A stretch of DNA of 64,000 nt. Source: Lingula anatina (lineage: Eukaryota > Animalia > Brachiopoda). This document shows positions 49,936 to 64,000 of this stretch, one piece after another (position 1 is the first letter of the stretch; each line of letters begins with the position of its first letter). A model generated the notes under the pieces. It did not search any database. It had not been told where the DNA came from and saw only the letters and a list, made by a program, of their open reading frames with translations. The DNA lies in the NCBI GenBank assembly GCA_051362555.1, contig CM120649.1:18490567-18554566 (forward strand), written 5' to 3'. Position numbers and translations under genes: made by a program.

Positions 49936-52900
49936 TATCTTTTTAAGACAAGGAAAAGGTACCATCTCAGGGTAAAGATTGAAGCTCATTTACTCTGTTG
50001 AAAATGGAACCATGTGCCCCAATTACATGTTTCAATTAAATACATTTGAAACTCTTGTAGGCAATGGAAAAAAGTCAGAGACAACAGCAAGAAGTAGGCT
50101 ATATGATATCAGTCAGTCTAGATAGTCGACGTCTAAAATCATTATACATGTATTTCAGTCGCTATTTTGGCCTTGGAACCATTACATGTACATACAAGAC
50201 CCAAGCTACATCGATGTACCGATATAACTAACGCCTAACAATTCAGTAGGCCTAAGGTGAAGAGAACAAGAACAAAATATGGAATAAACAACCCGAGTTT
50301 ATGCGAGGTACATATAAATCCTTGGTTAAGAATTTTGTGGGACAAAAGGGTTAACCTTAATCGCCCATTAAGTAGTTTGTCACATCGTTCGGGAGGCACG
50401 CAAATGTAATACAATTGCAATTTGTAGGAGCGATTAGGGCTGTGTAGGAACGCCGAGGGGTAGTTTAACTAGCTGATAGTAAAGATACGAGCGACACGGG
50501 AATAAAATACATTTAGGCCTATAAGATCGAATTAATGTGCGTCCCGCCCTGACCACCTACAGTACCTCGACAGAAAAGATTGGGACGATTACTTCATTCT
50601 TTATAAGACGATTTACAATACGAACTAGTAAGGTAAACAGGACATCTTGATCTGACTCCAGAAAAAAAAAAAAAAAAAAAAAAAAACGTCGCATGCGCTG
50701 ACACATTTACGGTCACCGTTGACAGGTAATAGTTATTTGGGACATTTGTCTTGTCAACCCCCCTATAGTTACTCAGGTGAGTTATCAATCTGAGTGACGA
50801 TATTCAACCGTGAACGGCGTCATTTATTTCGAGCTCGTTCCATAGTCATATCGTTGCTATGTAACTGAAGCACGAGAGCACAAGTGTTGAACACAACAGA
50901 GAGACATTATTCACGTTCAGGCCGTCACGCTGTTTAAGACAAGTTCTTTATTAAACCGTGGTTAACAAAACACCTGCCCAGTAAGAGTCTCGTGACCCAG
51001 GATCAATGCCATTAACAGCACTGTGAGACAGGAACAGGGACGCGCCATCATCATCAGCAGCAGCATAAGAGAACTTGGGACCTCATCAAGACCTATTTCA
51101 AATGATGCCTAAATTAATGTCTTGATTAATGCCTGTTCTTTCCTAGAAGACCAAACTGAATGGCAAATCTTTCGTCAATATCAAAAACGTACCATATAGG
51201 ATGAGTTTCATTGTGTTCTGCGTATTGGAAGGACTGTAGAAGGAGGCGATTTAACCTGCTTACAGGTATTTGTTAGCGTTCATCATTTCAATCAAGCGTC
51301 AACTGGTGTCGATCTAAAAATCTAGGCGACAACAGGAGCATAATTTTGGCCCTACTGTCTGCCGATTTCCCCTTTGCCAAAACTGACTGTCGCCAGTTTA
51401 TACAGGAGATATACATACAGTGTATGTCAGAATGCGGAGGAAGGATTCAGCTCAAGCCGTGTAGTGGCGCGAAAAAAAGTGTGAAGATTTTCCAGGTAAG
51501 AATTCATTCTAATTGTTTTATAAAACTGTAGTATAAGAATAAAGCAAATAAAAAAAATAGATTCTCTTCCCAGAGACGAGAGGAGTAAGAACGATCTTAG
51601 GCCCATTCGACATCGAGCGCTACCAATAAATACCATGTCGGTATACAAAGGTATACATTCACATATAATCTTGTGAATAAAATACAGAAGCGGACATTTA
51701 TGTGCTCCACACACGGGTATGATGACTCTGTAACCATACGAAATATCTTAATGAATAAATGGAATAACCTGAGCTAGCATATTTGGCTCATTTAATTCGT
51801 TGTAGGCCGGCGCAGCCTCATTACTATAGTATTACGTACTGAATACTAACCCCTTCCGCGCTATAACCGCACACATACATAGATTCATCATACAGCCTCT
51901 TTACAAATGACCCAGACGTGTGTTACCTGTGCTATACAATTAACTCTGGGTGACTCAGTATGAAATGATAGCGTGTACTCAAAGTTACGGCTGAAGGCAC
52001 GCCACGGATCCATATCCGGTGCTAAAACAAAACTATCTGGTTTAAACGATGTGCGCTTTAGAAGGCGCTTCTATACTACCATGGGAATAAAAGGTATGTC
52101 GTTTTTCATAATTCTGTATAGCTCTAGGAATAGAAGGTCGTCGTATAATTTGTAGCCGTGAAAGAGAAAAAGAAAAGAGTCATAGGGTCGGGCTTGTTTT
52201 CCCTGGATATCTTGGAGACGCTGTAGGTTTCGTAGACGACACCTCTGCATCATTTCGTTTCAACACGAAACAATAGAAACACACACAAGAACTTACGAAG
52301 AGGTAGATCATTTTATCTTACTGTTTTTGATTAAACTAGAATAAATTTTGGTACAACACACAACCATAACCATAACCATAACCATTTAAAGACATAAATC
52401 ACAATACGTGTGATGCATGAATCAACAGCGTCTATCACATAGAAATAAGAATAGTAAAATTTAGCAAATATATTCTCAGTGAGACTTTCACTGAAATGCA
52501 TTTTGCGGAGTCATTAAGATTGCGCTGTAACAACTATAGTAGCCTCCCAAGCGATGTAGGGCTCACAGTAGGCCTACTGGTATACAGTACCGGTATGATA
52601 GCGGAGATAACGATAAACTCTACCCTTGGAGCACGAACTGCCACCGCTAGAGGGGGTATTTATATTCCCTATATAACACTGCTCATATATTTACAACAGT
52701 AGCCAACAAAGAGTTTATATTACATTAAGAGACATGGGACCCAACGCTGAGACAGGTTTACGGGGATAACAGTTTCATTTTGGCCAAAAATGGATATCCC
52801 GGGGGTTAACGACAATTTTGCTATACTTTCCAATATGTAATGAATCCGTTCCGACATTCAAAGTTTATTGACACACAAAGTAATAACAAATGAAAATTTT

Positions 52901-53642
52901 CTTAGAAAATCGATTATCAGGTCATTTTCTTATTGTTTATACAGCAAAGTAATCATTTGTAAGGACATTAAGTACGATATCTATGATTCTTATTTCCACA
53001 CATATCGAATTTTTTATATTTTAATATATTTGAACACAGCCATAACTGACAATATGACAATTTTACTCTAACTTTCCCATGTGCAGAAAGAATCTTAGGG
53101 AAATAGTGAAAAATAAACTTGTATGCTGTGTCAAGGATCGAGGTATAACACAGAGATTTATTGGTCGACTTGCCGCACGCCCGCTGATCACGTGACAGAT
53201 TAGCCGCAAGGATTGAGTTGACGAAGCACTTGTTGCGGAAGTGAATAAATTATGGTCTTAGTGGACACACGCTTGTTACTGTAGCTTTATTTGTCTGAGA
53301 AAAAAGTTATGGGGGAGTATCAATATCTAGTTATTCAGACGCGAAATCACCTTTCACGTGATGGAGGCCTGTTTGTAAATAATTTCCATTAATTATAGGG
53401 CCTACAGTGTTCAAGTTAAGAAACCTGAAAACTGTGTTTTACCAAATGGCAAATTATTTAAAAAAGACATTCAGCATTATTGATCTCTATGCCTCGTTCT
53501 ACCTAGCAGATTCGTACTTTTACCGGTATATCTTTCCAGATATGAAAACAGACCATATGAACACCCCCCTCTTCTCAACGCATCCACTTTGGGGGCACGT
53601 GACACAACATTCCCAGGAACCACTGTCTTAAACCTCGTTGCC

Positions 53643-56600
53643 ATGGTAGCCAAACATTTCGTGCAGGACGCTGGGCAGGCCTCCAGTGATGCTCTACGGA
53701 TCACGTCAGAGAGCTGCTCGTCCTCTAGGAGACTGCGACTCAGGCGCTGGGCCCCCAATATCGTCCTGTCAGTGTTGGTACTGGTGGCGCTGGCCACGGT
53801 GTTGGTACTGGTCGGCGTACTGCTGACAAGACAGAGTGAGCAAGGTAGGTTTTATATCTACACCACTGGTGACAAGACAGAGTGATCAAGCTAGGTTGTA
53901 TAGCAACACCACTGGTGACAAGACTTAGTAGGTGGTATATCTACACCACTGGTTACAAGACAGAGTGATCAAGGTAGGTTGTATAGCAACACCACTGGTG
54001 ACAAGACTTAGTAGGTGGTGTATCTACACCACTGGTTACAAGACAGAGTGATCAAGGTAGGTTGTACAGCAACAACACTGGAGACAAGACTTAGTAGGTT
54101 GTATAGCCACACCACTGGTGACAAGACAGAGTGAACACGGTAGGTTGTACAGCAACACCACTGGTGACAAGACATAGTAGGTTGTATAGGAACACCACTG
54201 GTGACAAGACAGAGTGATCAAGGTAGGTTGTATAGCAACACCCCTGGAGACAAGACTTAGTAGGTTGTATAGCCACACCACTGGTGACAAGACAGAGTGA
54301 ACACGGTAGGTTGTACAGCAACACCACTGGTGACAAGACATAGTAGGTTGAATATCTACACCACTGGTGACAAGACATAGTAGGTTGCATAGGAACACCA
54401 CTGGTGACAAGACAGAGTGATCAAGGTAGGTTGTACAACAACACCACTGGTGACAAGACAGGAGGTTGTATAGGAACACCACTGGTGACAAGAGAGAGTG
54501 ATCAAGGTAGGTTGTATAGCAACACCCCTGGTGACAAGACTTAGTAGGTTGAATATCTACACCACTGGTGACAAGACATAGTAGGTTGCATAGGAACACC
54601 ACTGGTGACAAGACAGAGTGATCAAGGTAGGTTGTACAACAACACCACTGGTGACAAGACATAGTAGGTTGTATAGGAACACCACTGGTGACAAGACAGA
54701 GTGATCAAGGTAGGTTGTATAGCAACACCCCTGGTGACAAGACAGGAGGTTGTATAGGAACACCACTGGTGACAAGACAGAGTGATCAAGGTAGGTTGTA
54801 CAACAACACCACTGGTGACAAGACATAGTAGGTTGTATATCTACACCACTGGTGACAAGACAGAGTGATCAAGGTAGGTATCTGATGCAGATTATGCAGG
54901 GAGATGACAATAGGTGATACACATAAACAATGCATTTGGAAGGAAATAATCCTTGTAGCGTTGAGCTTCATACAGTGTATAAACCGTTTAGCATTTCTTT
55001 TTCCTAAAAAGACCAGGGCTTGTACAGTACACGGAAGGCATTATGATAATAAGACCCCATTCCCATAGGAACCATCGGTCTACGTGGATCGGCCCAAATC
55101 TACAGGGACTCTCGCTAAGTGCAATCAGCTTAACGGAATGACACGCCTCCTCTTGTTTCCAACATATTCTTATTATCACCAACTTTTCTGAATTCTACTT
55201 AACGCCAGGAAAAGGTGTGTTATTCAGTTAATCTGATTGCAATCAGCAAGAGTCCCTACACAGAGTTGGGCCGATCCATGAAGACTGGTGGTGTCTATGG
55301 GGATGGGGCCTAAGATAGAGAGTGAATACGAAATTGCAAAGAAGACAGCACTTGGTTTCAGTAGAGTGGATTTGAAAGAGATAAAAAAACATCCCCGTGG
55401 TAACTATAGTTTAACCATGTTATCGCTGCCCGTGCACTTGTCTGCCTGTTTATTAATGTTATCATTATCATACAAACCAAAGGAAATTTATGTTTTTATG
55501 AATGCGTGTTCAACAAAGCGACGCAAAATGAAGAGAGAGGCGGACTTGAACTTTACATGGCTGTGATTTTGGACATTTTCAAAGACTTGTAGGGGATTTT
55601 TTTCACAATGCAAATTTTGAAAAAAACAAAAACACAGACTAAAGGCATAAAAACGACATGATGTAAAAGATTGAAGTCCATCATTTTCTTCATGGACATT
55701 TCATATGAATATAAAGGAGCGTTCTCATAAAACCACTGACTAGCTGGATCGATCTAAATACGCGGGGCTTCTCGCTATTTTAAGTGCTTTCAGCGTTAGC
55801 GGCCTAAATGTATGGCACGCCTACTGAAGCTGCTAAGGGGTAATTAACGAGAGTCAACTACCCCCTAGTTACTCAATTAAGCTGATTACACTTTAAAAAA
55901 AACTTTAGCAAGAAATCCCACAGAGTTAGATAGACCCAGCTAGTAAGATGGGTTTATGGGAACGCAGTCTAACAAACATATAAGTGCGCTTGAGTGACCG
56001 AGTACCTTGTAACCTTTGCATATCTTTGGCAGATCCATGAATATCATCGTTAAGTCATGTACACGCTTTGATGTGATTATTAGACCATTAGCTCAAGGTT
56101 GATATCCCTTAACTCGAAAAGGCTGGTTTCGGTGAATAAATAATAGTAACGATAACATATTTGCGGTGGGTTTGATATGGTAAATAGACACGGACAACAA
56201 AACGATGGTTATAATACACGTATATCTGCAATTTTAAGAATTGTGATTATTGTAAACATGCCGTTTCACCATTTTTTTAATTTTTAAAGTCAGTTTAAGT
56301 GTATAAAGTGTTTTTAAAAAAGTAAATGCTTAAATAGATAAGCTTCTGTTGTTACCTCAATAAACATCTGACATTCTATGCTCCAGGTAAAAAAAAACTT
56401 GTTTACGACCTACTACTGTACGTGCCTGTAGAGTAGCCTATTAATAAGTTGCTGTGCACTTTAACTTGGAAGTATAAATTGAAGAGTGGAAGGAACCAAA
56501 CAACATAAACTGTTTGAACGATATTATTCTTTTTGCAGGCTCTGTGGCTCCCAGCAGCTTGTCAAAAGGGGAAAGAACCGGTGACGGATTTCCGTGTGAA

Positions 56601-57941
56601 ATGAAAAATGGATTCTACCCATCATCGAGTGACTGTCAAAAATATTACCACTGTGTCAACGGCACTGCCCACATGTTTAGCTGTGGAGAAAACAGGATGT
56701 GGTCTCAAGCCGACAGCGCATGCGTCGCTTACGTCGCCGCCGCCTGCGCTCCATCTACCGTCGGAACGTCCAAGGCGCCAATTATCACGCGCTCGACGTC
56801 GTCTCTGAGGTCAAAGTTCACCAAGACATCAGGAGGCTCGTCTGAGTGTGGAACGCCTAATGGATTCTTCGCAAATCCACGAGACTGCACATCTTTTTAC
56901 ACCTGTCTCGAGGGTCGCGTGCAAGCCACGGGGACTTGTTCCAGCGGACGCATGTGGAGCCAGAGGCACCTTCGCTGTGTGGATTTAGACCTAAGGCTAT
57001 GTTTCACCGATAGTCAGGCCCCAGCTGAGGGAAACACAACCCCTCCACCAGTAAACATGGACAAAAAGGTCACTGGAGACCCTTCGTATATGTGTGAACG
57101 GGCTCCTGTCTTGGTCCCCGTGGACAATGACTGTCGCAAATATGTCGTCTGCCTTGAGGTGGGGACGCATGGGCGCCATTTTCAGTGCCCCCAGGGGACC
57201 GTGTGGAGACAATCAGAGCGCGCATGCGCTTCAGAGACGACAGAGAGCGCTATTTTCTGTGAAAGACATTCCAACATAACGCAGCCTGTGTCTTCTGAAA
57301 GTACGGCCACGTCAATTCCGTCATCAGATTCACATAAGCAGAAGACCAAGTTGGTAACGACTGTGGCGCCCCCTGTCTCACCCTCTCGTGTATTACGATT
57401 GCCTAGCAAAGCGAGAGCAAGCACAACGGACCAATCAACTGTCACATTACATTCCAGGATTCAGACTAAGCCAAAAATGAAAAAGGGAGAGAGAACAATG
57501 ACTAATGAAAATGCACTGAATAAAACAGCAAACGTTACTAACAGTCCAGAGACACTCTGTAAGGAAAACGGATTCTGGGCGCATCCGACCGATTGCAGGA
57601 AATTTCTCATGTGTATTCATGACGCGGTATGGGGCACGGTCCTCACCTGCCCAAACCACACGATGTGGAGCCAGGATTCTCGCGCATGCGTGGAATACAA
57701 CATCGACGGTTGCCATCGCAACCTCGCTGCATTAAGAACAACGCCATCTACCGTCCAGTTCACCAACCCACCATTTGTATGCCCCAGCACGGGTAAATTT
57801 CCCGCTCTTGATTCTTGCCGGAAGTATGTGATATGTTACGGGGCTGGATTACAAGGCTATTATGTGAATTGCCCTTCAGGGTTAGTTTGGAACGACGAGA
57901 AAGACATGTGCTATCCATATGACCCAAGCTTTTGTGGATAA
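53643..57941 (+). CDS. Type II membrane protein with five chitin-binding peritrophin-A (CBM14) domains and Ser/Thr-rich linkers, ~534 aa
   Basis: Exon 53643-53844 (RRLRLRR then the hydrophobic stretch IVLSVLVLVALATVLVLVGVLL; phase-1 donor) joins exon 56539-57941 (phase-1 acceptor). Five six-Cys repeats C..G.Y/F....DC.KY/F..C......C..G..W....C. Confidence 0.9.
53822..54880. repeat. Minisatellite of ~46- and ~37-bp unit variants seeded on the exon end and splice donor
   Basis: Roughly 25 units with core accactggtgacaagac; the long variant carries tcaag|gtagg. Confidence 0.95.
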
Positions 57942-58909
57942 CACTTACAGTACTATGGCATTTGCTTATGTATCGTGCATAAGTCCACTGTACTAAAGCA
58001 GCAAGAGATTGGCTGTCAAATACGAAACAACGTGTGCGATTTGCATAAATTTGCCAAAAAAATTAAAAAAACTGTCGCAGCATTAGTAAAAGAGATGTGG
58101 AATTCTTCCCCGATGCGGAACTCAATCAGACATGGCGATTAATATGCCACCAGCATACATTTAAATGAGGACGTATGGTGCCAATGTCAAAAGTTAGCCA
58201 ACACACGTAAAGGCAGAAACATGGGGAGGGTGGTTGGGGTGAAATCCCATGTCAAAGGGAACATGGCGAATTCGGCACCCATCGCAAACTAGGAGAAAAG
58301 ACTTACATTTACCTACGGTTATAAGGCCCACAAACGTGCTACAGAATAGCATAAATTGTCCCATACTTTGTTTTAAATCTGAACTCTTTGGTGTCAATAG
58401 TGTGTGTCAAGAAAATATCCCCTAGTCACAGGTATATAGACATAAGACATATACACGACACTCATTCCTCAATCACAAGCCCACAATAACTACTTTCATT
58501 TTGCATTGCTTTATTCACGGAACCATATTTCCCACAAGCATTAGCTGCAACCATCTTAAAATCACGCTAGAAGACATCGTTTGTCGCGCTATTTCGATGA
58601 CGTTAAAGAGGTAGCTATAGCTATAGATAGAAGCATATAGTTATTGTATTGTTCTCCCTAAATTTGGTGTCTGTTAAACGTTGGCGTCGCCAGGAAGTGA
58701 GGGTCACATACAGACAGAGATTTTGTCTGGGGTTGGTCTCTCCGCATTTTATCTGACAATGCCCGCTAGAAGTCACGTGTAGAATGGACCTTGGGGCTTT
58801 ACGGTACGTTGAACCAGAATTAGACATTGAATTGGTGACTTAAAGATCGTTCACAAATTATCCCTGTTCAAAGAAATTTATCTAAACATCTTTAAAGTCA
58901 TGCGCGAAT

Positions 58910-58940
<31 letters not shown>

Positions 58941-59084
58941 AATGTATTATCACATTCATAGCCGTTGTAACATATATTAGTATGTGGTTTCCAAAAGTCC
59001 CTCTAGATGTAAAGAATATTTTCTCATAGTCCAGTTCCGTTCGATATGCCGTTGTCCAGTGGATCGTCATCAGCAGTACTTAGT

Positions 59085-63822
<4,738 letters not shown>

Positions 63823-64000
63823 CTGTAATATCAAATATAAGTTGTATAAGCACATAGGTTGTGGTTAGGCCTACTATAATAATATAAGCTGTTTGTGTGG
63901 CCATGCATCAACGGAAAAAAATGGTTTGAGAAAAGTAATGCGTTTTTTAAGATAAAACTCCCTTTAATTCACTTGTGGATCTCATAGACTGGGTTCCCAT

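Noticed and set aside
50720-53150. Possible non-coding upstream exons of the CBM14 gene or a bidirectional promoter
   Set aside because: Several donor-like sites exist (e.g. 50777, 51266, 51496), but sequence alone cannot choose among them.
53850-54880. CRISPR-like regular repeat
   Set aside because: The intervening sequences are themselves repeated variants rather than unique spacers. There are no cas genes, the context is a eukaryotic intron, and the unit derives from the adjacent exon.
54036-54971. Cys-rich repetitive ORFs on the minus strand
   Set aside because: Translation products of the minisatellite.

Overview
AT-rich, intron-rich animal DNA from an invertebrate (probably a lophotrochozoan; this is an inference). 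The left half (~1-33 kb) is a transposon-filled accessory region. It holds a minus-strand gene built from a tandemly repeated three-exon TIR-domain module: three complete TIRs plus part of a fourth, joined head-to-tail, probably continuing past the left edge. Its introns carry a very young 6.9-kb Gypsy LTR element (371-bp LTRs that look identical, ATAC target-site duplication (TSD), tRNA-Ser PBS). This element's gag starts with a ComEA-like helix-hairpin-helix domain, its pol stops after RT (no RNase H or integrase), and it carries an extra zinc-finger ORF in the env position. Also present are CR1/L2-group LINE remnants, a CMC/EnSpm-like insertion, a decayed Gypsy pol, Helentron-type HINEs and several MITE families. 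The right half has three host genes: an intact GDPD5/GDE2-like glycerophosphodiester phosphodiesterase (minus, 13 coding exons, ~624 aa), a type II membrane protein with five chitin-binding CBM14 domains (plus, ~534 aa), and the 3' end of an EGF-repeat/VWD protein (minus). Three minisatellites start exactly on splice sites, and their nearest decoy sites are mutated. All calls come from manual reading; no database searches were run.
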